DNA of 64,000 bases from Chloroflexota bacterium (GTDB taxonomy: Bacteria > Chloroflexota > UBA6077 > FW602-bin22 > JBCLEL01): contig OZ244845.1 in the NCBI GenBank assembly GCA_965220775.1, forward strand, positions 2,066,568-2,130,567, read 5' to 3'. Positions 1-9,279 of this stretch are shown here, in pieces. A model generated the notes under the pieces. The model had not been told where the DNA came from. It made no database searches and saw only the letters and a list, made by a program, of their open reading frames with translations. The position numbers were made by a program, and so were the translations under genes. Position 1 is the stretch's first letter; each line of letters opens with the position of its first letter.

Positions 1-1
1 T

Positions 2-649
2 CAGGCCAACCTGATGGACGCCAACACGCCGTTCATTACCTCGCTCAACGATGACCCCCGGTTCTGGGAGACCGCCGAGCGGTTGCTCGGCAAAGAGGTA
101 TTGGGTGTAGGGGGAGACAGCAACTACTACGTCGGCGACACGGCCTGGCATCCCGATAACAACGGACTGCGACAAGATTCCGTCAAATTCACAATCTACC
201 TCGAACCGCTCAATGCGACCAACGGTGCGCTCCGCGTGATTCCCGGCTCGCATCGTGAGCCATTGCATAGCGCAATACGCGGAGGCACGCGCCAGGAACA
301 CTCCAGTGCCGTCGGACCGAATTTCGGAATCCGGCCCAATCAGGTGCCGGCCTATGCCTTTACCTCAGAACCGGGTGATGTCCTCGCTTTCCATACCGGA
401 ACTTGGCACGGGGCGTTCGGCGGAAACACAAAGCGGCGCATGGGCACAATCCAATACTACGAGAATCCGCAAACGGTGGAGTCATTCGAAGAGATACGCC
501 GAGTTCTGCGCCACACTCACAAGACAGAGATTGACAGGATTGGTCGCCCGTGGTTTCCGGAATATTGGCGATCGTTAGACAACCCTCGCCACAAGGCGTG
601 GGTCCGGCGTGTGGATGAGATCATGGCGCTCGATGAAGTCCACGACTAG
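2..649 (+). CDS. PhyH-like Fe(II)/2-oxoglutarate dioxygenase, 5'-partial (copy 1 of tandem array)
   Basis: Frame is open to the window edge. The protein aligns residue-for-residue with the C-terminal ~210 aa of the two downstream paralogs (NLMDxNTPFITSLNDDPRFWE, WHPD, RVIPGSHREPLH, AFHTGxWHxAFGG). The HxD (HPD) plus distal His are consistent with a 2-His-1-carboxylate site. Confidence 0.75.
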   Translation, partial: QANLMDANTPFITSLNDDPRFWETAERLLGKEVLGVGGDSNYYVGDTAWHPDNNGLRQDSVKFTIYLEPLNATNGALRVIPGSHREPLHSAIRGGTRQEHSSAVGPNFGIRPNQVPAYAFTSEPGDVLAFHTGTWHGAFGGNTKRRMGTIQYYENPQTVESFEEIRRVLRHTHKTEIDRIGRPWFPEYWRSLDNPRHKAWVRRVDEIMALDEVHD

Positions 650-907
650 CCCGATCGGAGTTGCGCCGACGAGATGTAGCTGATGGGTTCTTTGGTTACT
701 CGAAGTACCGGCTTGATCACGTCACCCCGGCGCTCCGATTCGCCGACTGATTCGAGTGCTGGGAGGGAATCCGATTCCTGGGCTGCAAGCACCCTATAGC
801 GTTGTCAGGTCGCGTTGAAGAGCTGCGTCAAGGCGCCGCGTCCCGGCGCCAAGCGGGGATAACATACTAAGTCGTGACATTCTCTTAGGATGATCAGGGA
901 GGGCCGA

Positions 908-1726
908 ATGAGACTCACCGAACAGCAGATCAACCACTTTCGCACCTTTGGATTCTTAGTCTTCCGACAGCTCTTCTCACCGGAGGAATGGAAGACCTAC
1001 TGTCACGAGTTCGACTTAGGGTTGGATGCATTGATCCCGGACCACAAGCACGGCGGCAAGGCCCGGTTTCAGGCTAACCTGATGGACGGCAACACGCCGT
1101 TCATTACCTCACTGAACGATGACCCCCGGTTTTGGGAGACGGCCGAGCAGTTGCTCGGCAAAGAGGTATTGGGTATTGGCGGAGACAGTAACTACTACGT
1201 CGGTGATACGGCTTGGCATCCCGACAATAGATCGCTGGTACAAGATTCCGTCAAATTCACGATCTACCTCGAACCGCTCAATGCGCGCAACGGAGCGCTC
1301 CGGGTCATTCCCGGCTCGCATCGAGAGCCGCTGCATAGCGCAATAGCTGGAGGGGTCCTACAGGAATACTCCAGTGCCCGGGGCACCGTCGGATCGAATT
1401 TCGGAGTCCGGCCTGATCAACTGCCGTCCTATGCCTTTGTGTCAGAACCACGTGATGTTCTGGCTTTCCATACCGGAATTTGGCACGCTGCGTTCGGTGG
1501 CAACAACCGGCGTCGCATGGGTACGATTCAGTACTACGAGAATCCGCAAACGGCGGACTCATTCGAGGAGATACGCCGGGTGTTGCGCCGGATTCACGAA
1601 AAAGAAATTGAAATGCATGGTCGCCCGTGGTTTCCAGAATTCTGGCGATCGTTAGACAACCCTCGTCACCAGGCGTGGGTCCGGCGCATGGATGAGATCG
1701 CGGCGCTCGATGAAGTCCACGACTAG
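908..1726 (+). CDS. PhyH-like Fe(II)/2-oxoglutarate dioxygenase (copy 2)
   Basis: ORF 890..1726. I prefer the ATG at 908 (MRLTEQQINHF) because AGGGAGGG lies 5 nt upstream and the paralog at 36722..37534 starts with MNLTQQQLNHF. Motifs are the same as in copy 1. Confidence 0.8.
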   Translation: MRLTEQQINHFRTFGFLVFRQLFSPEEWKTYCHEFDLGLDALIPDHKHGGKARFQANLMDGNTPFITSLNDDPRFWETAEQLLGKEVLGIGGDSNYYVGDTAWHPDNRSLVQDSVKFTIYLEPLNARNGALRVIPGSHREPLHSAIAGGVLQEYSSARGTVGSNFGVRPDQLPSYAFVSEPRDVLAFHTGIWHAAFGGNNRRRMGTIQYYENPQTADSFEEIRRVLRRIHEKEIEMHGRPWFPEFWRSLDNPRHQAWVRRMDEIAALDEVHD

Positions 1727-1984
1727 CCCGATCGGGGTTGCGCCGACGAGATGTAGCTGATGGGTTCTTCGGTTACTCGAAGTACCGGCTTGATCACGTC
1801 ACCCCGGCGCTCCGATTCGCCGACTGATCAGAGTCTTGGGCGCAATACCGATTCCCGGGCTACAAGCACCCTTTCGCGTTGTCAGGTCGCGTTGAAGAGT
1901 TGCGCCAAGGCGCCGTTTCCCGGCGCCAAGTGGGGATAACATACTAAGTTGTGACATTCTCTTAGGATGATCAGGGAGGACCGA

Positions 1985-2812
1985 ATGAGACTCACCGAAC
2001 AGCAGATCAACCACTTTCGCACCTTTGGATTCTTGGTCTTCCGGCAGCTCTTTACGCCGGAAGAGTGGAAGACCTATTGTCACGAGTTCGACTTAGGGTT
2101 GGATGCATTGATCCCGGGGCACAAGCACGATGGCAGGACCCGGTTTCAGGCTAACCTGATGGACGCCACCACTCCGTTCATTACGTCGTTGAACGATGAC
2201 CCCCGGTTCTGGGAGACGGCCGAGCAGTTGCTTGGCAAAGAGGTATTGGGTGTTGGCGGAGACAGCAACTACTACGTCGGCGACACGGACTGGCATCCCG
2301 ATAATCAGTGGCTGCGTCAGGATTCCGTCAAATTCACGATCTACCTCGAACCGCTCGATGCGCGCAACGGTGCGCTCCGCGTGATTCCCGGTTCCCATCG
2401 AGAGCCATTACATAGCGAAATAGCGGGAGGCTCAATGCGGGATTACGTCGATGCCCCGCACGACGTCGGGTCAAATTTCGGAGTCCGGCCCGATCAAGTT
2501 CCGTGCTATGTATTTGATTCAGAACCGGGTGATGTCCTCGCTTTCCATACCGGAATCTGGCACGGCGCGTTCGGCGGCAGCACAAAGCGTCGCATGGGCA
2601 CAATCCAATACTACGAGGATCCGCAAACAGAGGTCCCGCTCCAGGCGGTCCGGAGCGTGTTGCATGGGATTGACCGGCGAGAGATTGAAGTGCATGGTCG
2701 CCCGTGGTTTCCGGACTATTGGCGGACGATAGACAATCCTCGGCACCAGGCGTGGGTCCGGCGCATGGATGAGATCGCGGCGCTTGATGAACCGGCCGGC
2801 GGGCTCACTTAG
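1985..2812 (+). CDS. PhyH-like Fe(II)/2-oxoglutarate dioxygenase (copy 3, divergent C-terminus)
   Basis: ORF 1967..2812. The ATG at 1985 is homologous to the 908 start. The C-terminal tail (DEPAGGLT) differs from copies 1 and 2 (DEVHD), which marks the end of the repeat. Confidence 0.8.
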   Translation: MRLTEQQINHFRTFGFLVFRQLFTPEEWKTYCHEFDLGLDALIPGHKHDGRTRFQANLMDATTPFITSLNDDPRFWETAEQLLGKEVLGVGGDSNYYVGDTDWHPDNQWLRQDSVKFTIYLEPLDARNGALRVIPGSHREPLHSEIAGGSMRDYVDAPHDVGSNFGVRPDQVPCYVFDSEPGDVLAFHTGIWHGAFGGSTKRRMGTIQYYEDPQTEVPLQAVRSVLHGIDRREIEVHGRPWFPDYWRTIDNPRHQAWVRRMDEIAALDEPAGGLT

Positions 2813-2901
2813 GGTTGCGTCAGGGCGTTTGCCCCGACAAATAATCCGTTAACGCCACCACCATCAAGGGACGTTAGGACAACCCGCCAGAGTATTGGGT
2901 G

Positions 2902-3101
2902 TCACCACCGTCCCAACGGCTCCGCCGCAAAGCGCGTGACCGTCTTCATCTGCGCCGGCCCAGCCCGCTTCAGATGATTCCGCAGATACAACGGGTAGTT
3001 GGTTGGAGAGTCGTCCCGAGGCGAGATATCAACGAACGTATTGCCCCGGAACGTGCGTTTGTAGATCGTCTCCAAGCGCCACGCTCGCGCCAAGGTAGCT
3101 G
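2902..3101 (-). pseudogene. Orphan 3'-terminal fragment of a paralog of the 4095..5960 gene
   Basis: About 200 nt align with 4095-4300, starting at the stop codon. The encoded tail LARAWRLETIYKRTFRGNTFVDISPRDDSPTNYPLYLRNHLKR...W corresponds to the last ~66 aa of the 621-aa protein. Upstream of 3101 the homology stops. Confidence 0.6.
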
Positions 3102-3251
3102 CCGGCGCGTATTGAGAACGCTCGTTAGATCGCCTGCCGCTTACGAACGCGCCGGCGTACAATTGATCTCATCAAACTTGCGAGTGGGTCTGTGCGAGTC
3201 GTGAAGATCTAACTGTCGCAACGAGTAGCAAAGGCGAGGAGGTACGACCCA

Positions 3252-4004
3252 TTGAAGGCGATCCATAACCTACGTGCCGGGCTTTGCGGCGTCCTTGCGC
3301 TGATCCTTATCGTGTCCGCGGCTTGCAGCGAAGCGCCGGCCGCCATCCGAATGGGCACCGAAGGCGCTTACCCTCCGTACAGCTTCATCAACGAGAGCGG
3401 TGAAGTCGACGGTTTCGAGCGCGAGCTGGGCGATGAGCTGTGCCGGCGAGCCGAGCTCGAATGCACTTGGGTGACCAACGAATGGGACACCATCATCCCC
3501 AATCTCGTAAAAGGAGACTACGACACTATCCTCGCCGGCATGAGTATCACCGACGAACGGGACAAGGTAATCGATTTCACTCAAGCCTATTTCCCGCCAA
3601 GCCCCTCGCTCTACGTTGCAAGGGCCGGCGCCAGCGTCGATGTCGTCAAGGGCGTCGTAGCCACCCAGGTGAACACCGTCCAGGCCGATCATCTTGCCGG
3701 AACCGAAGCGACGCTGGTCGAGTTCGCCACAATCGGCGAGGCCATCGACGCCGTCTTGAAAGGCGATGCTGACGCGGCACTGGCCGACAACTCCTACCTA
3801 AAAGACGTCGTGGCCGAGAGCGACGGAAAGCTGGTCTTTGTAGGACCGGAAGTGGTATTGGATGGCGGAGTAGGGATGGGTGTGCGCGAATCAGACGGCG
3901 AGTTGAAAACCAAGATGAATGAGGCCATCGACTCGATGAAATCCGATGGCTCGCTGAATGCTCTGATCAAGAAGTGGTTCGGCGAGGACGCCCAAACCTT
4001 CTGA
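3252..4004 (+). CDS. Polar amino-acid ABC transporter substrate-binding lipoprotein (SBP family 3)
   Basis: TTG start. Signal peptide with lipobox (LIVSAAC). Typical family-3 core: YPPYSF..GE..GFE.EL..ELC.R...ECTWV..EWD.IIP.L..G.YD.I.AGMSIT.ER....DF. Confidence 0.8.
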   Translation: MKAIHNLRAGLCGVLALILIVSAACSEAPAAIRMGTEGAYPPYSFINESGEVDGFERELGDELCRRAELECTWVTNEWDTIIPNLVKGDYDTILAGMSITDERDKVIDFTQAYFPPSPSLYVARAGASVDVVKGVVATQVNTVQADHLAGTEATLVEFATIGEAIDAVLKGDADAALADNSYLKDVVAESDGKLVFVGPEVVLDGGVGMGVRESDGELKTKMNEAIDSMKSDGSLNALIKKWFGEDAQTF

Positions 4005-4094
4005 CGCCCCGGCAATCTGCCTCTTCGCCGGCGGCGCTCGACGCCGGTCCTGGCTTTCCTAATGAAGCCCCTCCCGCGCTTAGAGAGCCGGGAA

Positions 4095-5960
4095 TCACCA
4101 TTGAACCAATGGTTTGGCGGCGAAGCGCTTGACCGTTTTCATCGGCGCCGGCCCGGGCCGCTTCAGATGGTCCCGCAAATAGAGCGGGTAGTTGGTGGGG
4201 GACTCATCCCTAGGAGAGATATCAACTAGGGTATTGCCCCGGAAAGTGCATTTGTAGATCGTCTCCAAGCGCCACGCTCGCGCCAAGGCTGTGTAGCTGA
4301 TGGTCTCCTCGATCACCGGGAATTTCAACGTGATAACGTCGCCCGGCTTTAGGAGGTCAAATACCGCGTAATTACCCACCCAGTACGGCTGACGGGGTTG
4401 ACCTCCGACATCGAATCGCAGCTTGCGGCGATCTATCCAAGACGAAACCCGGACGGATATGCGCCGGGCCGATTTGTTTTTGATCTGCACCTTTCCTTCG
4501 TAGGGCAGGTGGCTGTCGACGTCCAACCAAGGGGATGCTCGATTGAGGAGCAGATTCACCTGGGCGTTCTTCCCGTCTGGGCAGCGAACGATTCCCTCCC
4601 AGGCATAGTACAAACCCTGGGTCCCGTTTCCCGTACAGCAGCTCATCACCCACGGGCGCTCGACTGCGGTAATGCCGGCCCACCCGGCAAACGTTCCCAG
4701 AGTTCGCTCAATTACGTTTTCATTGCTTACTTGCCCGGGATGAGTTGGCACGAATCCCTGCCCCTGGATGTCCCAAGGGCGAGGAGGACTCGCCTCGGAC
4801 ACCCTGTGCAGCAGTTCGGCGTTGCTGAACTGGGCTTCCACCAGGTGGTTGCGGACTACGCAGTCCACGTCATCCCAGTAGTCGCCGATGCCGGCGTCGC
4901 TCAGCCGGATTCCTAGCGCTACCCAATCGCCCAGGTAACACCCCTCGCACCCGCCGATGTTTCCGGCGAAGTGCTTCGGCCCGCCCGTGGGCGCCCAGCC
5001 GATCCGCGGAATCGCGAACATGCGCGAATACTCGTAGCTACGACGGACGAATTCCTTGACCCTCTCGTTGTTCACAACCATGGCGTACTCGAGAATTCCG
5101 CGCAGGGGTATGGCACGAGCGTGGAAATGGGAATCGAAGTGACCCTGCTCGCCTCCGGCGACCAGAACTGGATCCGGGTCTCCCTGCCAGAATCGAGGCT
5201 TCATGATGAAATTCGTCAGCTTGCCAGCCAGTTCCATCGCCCGTTCGTCCCCGCTCACCGCATACCAGCGGGCCAATCCCTGGGTCTGATGCCCCTGGTA
5301 GGTTGTCACCGCGCCCTCGCCGCCTTCGTGCTCGTCTAGCGGCTCTCTCGTGTCTCGCCATCCGGACTTAGGATAGTTGAACGCCTCGCCGGCTCCGCCA
5401 TCCGGGTAGTAGGCATAGTCGTCCTTGTGTATCGCTATCTTGTCCAATCCACGGACGAGGGCCCTTATCCTATCGTCCCAGGCCGGATCGCCGTCGCGCT
5501 CGCGCCAGGTCACCATCGCCCTCAACATCCGGCCATTGCCGGCGACGTTCGCCATGTCCTCGGTTGACTGCTCGTATCCGTGGTGTCCCTGCGTGTGCCA
5601 GGGCCGCTTGTCGCTGTGCGAAGCGTAGTACAGACCATCGTCCGGGGACAGCCGGCCGGCCAGCATGGTCATCAGCCCGTGCTCGGTTTCTAGATGCAAG
5701 TCGCTGCCGCAGGCTGCGCGCATCAACGGAAACGATTCGGCGAACTTTGGCTCGTTCGTGGGACCGAATGCCCAGTGATACATGTAGGCTGGATTCGCAC
5801 TGTAGCGGATCCAGAAGTAGTTCTCGTAGTCCAACTCGGGATTGAGCGAGCCGCCCAACCCATTCAGAGCTAGTTCGGTGCGATCCGCCAAATCCAAGGT
5901 GTCGGGAATAGTTGCCTGGTAGCGTTCACCTTCAATCCTCGGCTTACCTACTAGTGCCAT
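4095..5960 (-). CDS. Large cytoplasmic protein, GH127/DUF1680-like (beta-L-arabinofuranosidase-like fold) candidate
   Basis: 621-aa ORF. It carries C-E-G-C at residues 338-341 and C-C at 441-442. From memory, this resembles the Glu/Cys...Cys-Cys zinc and nucleophile arrangement of GH127. There is no signal peptide. Confidence 0.45.
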   Translation of the reverse strand: MALVGKPRIEGERYQATIPDTLDLADRTELALNGLGGSLNPELDYENYFWIRYSANPAYMYHWAFGPTNEPKFAESFPLMRAACGSDLHLETEHGLMTMLAGRLSPDDGLYYASHSDKRPWHTQGHHGYEQSTEDMANVAGNGRMLRAMVTWRERDGDPAWDDRIRALVRGLDKIAIHKDDYAYYPDGGAGEAFNYPKSGWRDTREPLDEHEGGEGAVTTYQGHQTQGLARWYAVSGDERAMELAGKLTNFIMKPRFWQGDPDPVLVAGGEQGHFDSHFHARAIPLRGILEYAMVVNNERVKEFVRRSYEYSRMFAIPRIGWAPTGGPKHFAGNIGGCEGCYLGDWVALGIRLSDAGIGDYWDDVDCVVRNHLVEAQFSNAELLHRVSEASPPRPWDIQGQGFVPTHPGQVSNENVIERTLGTFAGWAGITAVERPWVMSCCTGNGTQGLYYAWEGIVRCPDGKNAQVNLLLNRASPWLDVDSHLPYEGKVQIKNKSARRISVRVSSWIDRRKLRFDVGGQPRQPYWVGNYAVFDLLKPGDVITLKFPVIEETISYTALARAWRLETIYKCTFRGNTLVDISPRDESPTNYPLYLRDHLKRPGPAPMKTVKRFAAKPLVQW

Positions 5961-6115
5961 TCGTACGCTCCTTCCGGCTAACCCCTGAGGCGAAACTCGG
6001 TGGCCGCAATTATATAGAAGTTGCCGGCGCGCCTGCGTACCGGACCTTCAGCGGGTGTAGTAGTCCGGCGATGGCAGTTGGCCGGCATGGATGCTTGCGA
6101 TAGGTCTGCCGACTG

Positions 6116-7117
6116 CTAGTGGAACGACACTACCGCTGCGCCCGGCGGCGCTACCTCATCGACCGCCGCGCGGTCCTCGGCGGTGATGGTTACTTCCGTT
6201 GCGCCCAGATTCTCTTCAAGTTGACTCATAGTGCGCGGCCCGATGATCGGGCTGGTGATACCCGGCTGCCGCATGCACCAGGCCAACGCGACTTGACTCG
6301 GCGTGCATCCTTTTTCCTCTGCTAGTCCAATAAGGACGTCCACAACTGCGAAACTGGCGTCGGTAAAGAAACGTGCGGCCCATTCGTTTTTCAGAGAGAG
6401 TCTGGAGCCTTCCGGCGAACGCGAACCGCGCCGATATTTTCCACTTAGGAACCCACTCGCCAATGGCGACCAAGGCAGCAGCGCCAATCCGTATGTTTGG
6501 GCCATCGGCACCAGTTCCCGCTCCCGGCTTCGATCCAGCAGGTGGTACGGCGGTTGCTCGCTGACGAATCGGTTCAGACCCAGCTCTTTCCCCACCCAGA
6601 GCGACTCCACCACCTGCCAGGCGGCGAAGTTGCTGCTGCCGATATAGCGCACCTTTCCGGCCCGGATGAGGTCGTCGAGTGCCCGCAGCGTCTCGTCGAT
6701 CGGAACGTCCGATTGCGGGTCGTGGACTTGGTACAGATCGATCCAGTCGGTCCGCAGCCTTCTCAACGATGCGTCGCATTGCTCGATGATGTGCCGGCGA
6801 CTGCCTCCGCGCGCGTTCGGATCGTCTGAGACGCTCGCGGTGAACTTCGTCGCCAGTATCATTCTGGCTCTATGACCATTCCGCTTGAGTGCTTTGCCGA
6901 CAATCTCCTCGCTCGTCCCCCGGCGATACGCGTTAGCGGTATCGAGAAAATTGATGCCGGCGTCGATAGCTCGATCGATAATTCTCATCGATTCCGCCTC
7001 GCCGATTTCGTCTCCGAATATCGATTCCATTGCTCTCGCTCGGGTCCCGAACATCAGGCAGCCAAGGCAGAGCGCGCTCACCTTCACGCCTGTCCGGCCC
7101 AGACTTCGGTACTCCAT
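6116..7117 (-). CDS. Aldo/keto reductase
   Basis: MEYRSLGRTGVKVSALCLGCLMFG, GINFLDTANAY and IGSSNF are classic AKR family signatures. Confidence 0.85.
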   Translation of the reverse strand: MEYRSLGRTGVKVSALCLGCLMFGTRARAMESIFGDEIGEAESMRIIDRAIDAGINFLDTANAYRRGTSEEIVGKALKRNGHRARMILATKFTASVSDDPNARGGSRRHIIEQCDASLRRLRTDWIDLYQVHDPQSDVPIDETLRALDDLIRAGKVRYIGSSNFAAWQVVESLWVGKELGLNRFVSEQPPYHLLDRSRERELVPMAQTYGLALLPWSPLASGFLSGKYRRGSRSPEGSRLSLKNEWAARFFTDASFAVVDVLIGLAEEKGCTPSQVALAWCMRQPGITSPIIGPRTMSQLEENLGATEVTITAEDRAAVDEVAPPGAAVVSFH

Positions 7118-7137
7118 CGTTCAGGACTCAGGTGGTT

Positions 7138-8706
7138 TCAATCAATCGGCTCGAAGAAGGTCAGGTCGGCGCCGAAGTTATCCATTGCTATGACCTGATC
7201 CCCACGGAGTTGTACGCGGATCTGCCTGGTGCGGTGAGCGAGGGTTATTTCCTGCTCCGGCAGAGGAAACTCGAAGTAGAGTGTCCGATTCACCGGAGGC
7301 CGGGCGATGAATAGATGTCCGTTGGTGTACCGTGGGGCCTCGGCTGCTCCGCGTATCGCCGTGCTTTTGTGGTTCACCCAGGTCGGCACTCGTACGAAGA
7401 GCGGTCCCGGTCGTTTTATCCTGATCCCCAGGTTCGGATGAGTGTATGGAGACTCAACCTCTATCGCGGCAGTCTCGTGGTCGAAGAGCAGATTTACCCA
7501 GTGGCCCGCTTGGTCAAAGCGCGTCGCTTCCCGGTAGACCTCGCATAGCGATCCCACCGCACCGCCGACGATGTCCATATTGAAGGAGACCCGGTCGGCC
7601 CCGATTGGTTCGTGTCCGTAGGGCGCTGGAAAGCCGAACGCTCCCAGGTGCCGGCCGGCGATATCGCGCTTGCTATCCTCAATGTCCGGATTTGAGGGAT
7701 TTGCGATGAACGAGACGTCGCGCAGTTGGGACGGCAGGAGGTGGCTCCGCACGATTCGCTCGGCGTCCTGGTAGTACTCAGGAAATCCCCAGCGTCCCAA
7801 AATGAGCGCAGTCTCAACGATGTCGCCGGTGTTATTCACTTCGCCCCGATCGGGGTCGGCATCTGGGCCGGAGCTCTCAATGACCCATCCCAACTCGTCT
7901 CGGATATCCCAAAGCCCTCTGTCGTAGAATGCCTTCACTCGTAGTATGAGGCCGGCGTCAGACGTCAGGTCGGCCAGTTGGGCCAGAGACGACATAACAC
8001 AGGTGGTCGAGTGGGTATGATGGCCGAATGTCTCTCTGTCGTAGGACCCGTCCTCGGTGAAGAACATGTCCACCGCCTTGTTCCTTAGTACGACTGCCAA
8101 CTCCAGGGCCGGGCCGTATCCTGTAGCGCGGTAGTATTTGACCAGTGGGCCTATTGCCCTGCCCAATCCGATGACAAAAGTCGGAGACTCCTGGAAACTA
8201 ATCCCGTGTACTCGTTCGAGCCGTTCGCGATCCCAGTCCCGGTCGGGATCCCAAAGCTCGAAGATCGCCGCGATGCTCGCTTCTGCCAGCCGGCGGGCCT
8301 TCGTTGAGTCACGGTATTTGGCCAAAGCAAATAGCGCGTGAAACCCTTCGCGAACATTGTGTGGAACGAAGTTCACCAACGGGCCGGCGACATCAGAGCG
8401 ATTGAGCGGCAAGGGCGCCGGGCCGCTATAGGAGAGAAATGCGGCGTGGGCGTGACTATCGACCGCGTCCTCGTCGATGTGGATGCCGGCCGCATCTTCG
8501 GCGTTTAGCAGGGCATTCAGGTGGCGTCCGGGGACGTGTGCTTCCGAATGGACTGGGCTGAAGCTGAGACCCGGGTCCGGGCGCACCAATGAACCGAAAA
8601 ATGGTATGTCGTTATCATCTGCGTTGAATACGGACGACATCGTTCGGCAGCCCAGTCGAATCGCTTCGCGAATATCGTTTGTATTGACGTGTCTAAGCTT
8701 GACCAT
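7138..8706 (-). CDS. Hypothetical protein (522 aa, soluble)
   Basis: Long ORF with good coding character, 20 nt downstream of the AKR gene on the same strand. No motif that I can assign with confidence. Confidence 0.5.
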   Translation of the reverse strand: MVKLRHVNTNDIREAIRLGCRTMSSVFNADDNDIPFFGSLVRPDPGLSFSPVHSEAHVPGRHLNALLNAEDAAGIHIDEDAVDSHAHAAFLSYSGPAPLPLNRSDVAGPLVNFVPHNVREGFHALFALAKYRDSTKARRLAEASIAAIFELWDPDRDWDRERLERVHGISFQESPTFVIGLGRAIGPLVKYYRATGYGPALELAVVLRNKAVDMFFTEDGSYDRETFGHHTHSTTCVMSSLAQLADLTSDAGLILRVKAFYDRGLWDIRDELGWVIESSGPDADPDRGEVNNTGDIVETALILGRWGFPEYYQDAERIVRSHLLPSQLRDVSFIANPSNPDIEDSKRDIAGRHLGAFGFPAPYGHEPIGADRVSFNMDIVGGAVGSLCEVYREATRFDQAGHWVNLLFDHETAAIEVESPYTHPNLGIRIKRPGPLFVRVPTWVNHKSTAIRGAAEAPRYTNGHLFIARPPVNRTLYFEFPLPEQEITLAHRTRQIRVQLRGDQVIAMDNFGADLTFFEPID

Positions 8707-8839
8707 AGAATCCTGAGCGATGTCGTCGAATTGACGGAAATTCGGCCACTGCTACCCATTGACACCGTCTTAATGTTAGCAGGTGTGCCTCGGCAATATG
8801 CTCCAGGTGTATACTCCGGTAGAGGGCTAGGCGTTTACG

Positions 8840-9232
8840 ATGGCTGAACCTACGTTGAGCAACGCGAATCAGACGATCCCGGCCGGCTCACGCATCCTGA
8901 TGGTGACCGGCGATCTGATATTTAGCTCTAAAGTTGATGCCCTTGCGCGGCAAGCCGGCGTTTCCTTCGAGGTTGTACGTGCTGGTCGATTGGCAAATGC
9001 CGGGACGGCGCAAGACGCCTTTGCTCTGGTAGACATGGCGAACATGGATGCAACTCACGTTGAGTCTGCGGTCGGACAGTTGAAAGAGTTAGGGGCGGAT
9101 CGCATCGCCGTCTTCGGCCGGCACGACCGAGCGGACCTCCGCAACGCCGCGCTCGAAGCCGGCGCGGCCGATTGGTGGCCGAACTCTAAGATGTCGGCCC
9201 GAATGCGGACTCTTCTGGGTTTGACTCTCTAA
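8840..9232 (+). CDS. Hypothetical protein, possibly CheY-like receiver fold
   Basis: 130 aa. The pattern RILMVTGDL...ALVDMAN...AVFGRH...AGAADW loosely follows a receiver-domain beta/alpha layout. Weak call. Confidence 0.35.
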   Translation: MAEPTLSNANQTIPAGSRILMVTGDLIFSSKVDALARQAGVSFEVVRAGRLANAGTAQDAFALVDMANMDATHVESAVGQLKELGADRIAVFGRHDRADLRNAALEAGAADWWPNSKMSARMRTLLGLTL

Positions 9233-9279
9233 CCACCCGATACGGCGAATTCGCCGAGCAGTCCAATCTTATCTAACGC

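Larger units (their letters stand above)
1..2812. repeat. Tandem gene-plus-spacer repeat, about 1.07 kb unit, about 2.6 copies inside the window
   Basis: Position 1 aligns with 1069 and 2146 (tcaggc[ct]aacctgatggacg...). The spacers 650-889 and 1727-1966 are near-identical, including the SD. Offsets are 1068 and 1077 nt; the difference is a 9-nt indel in the coding region. Confidence 0.85.
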
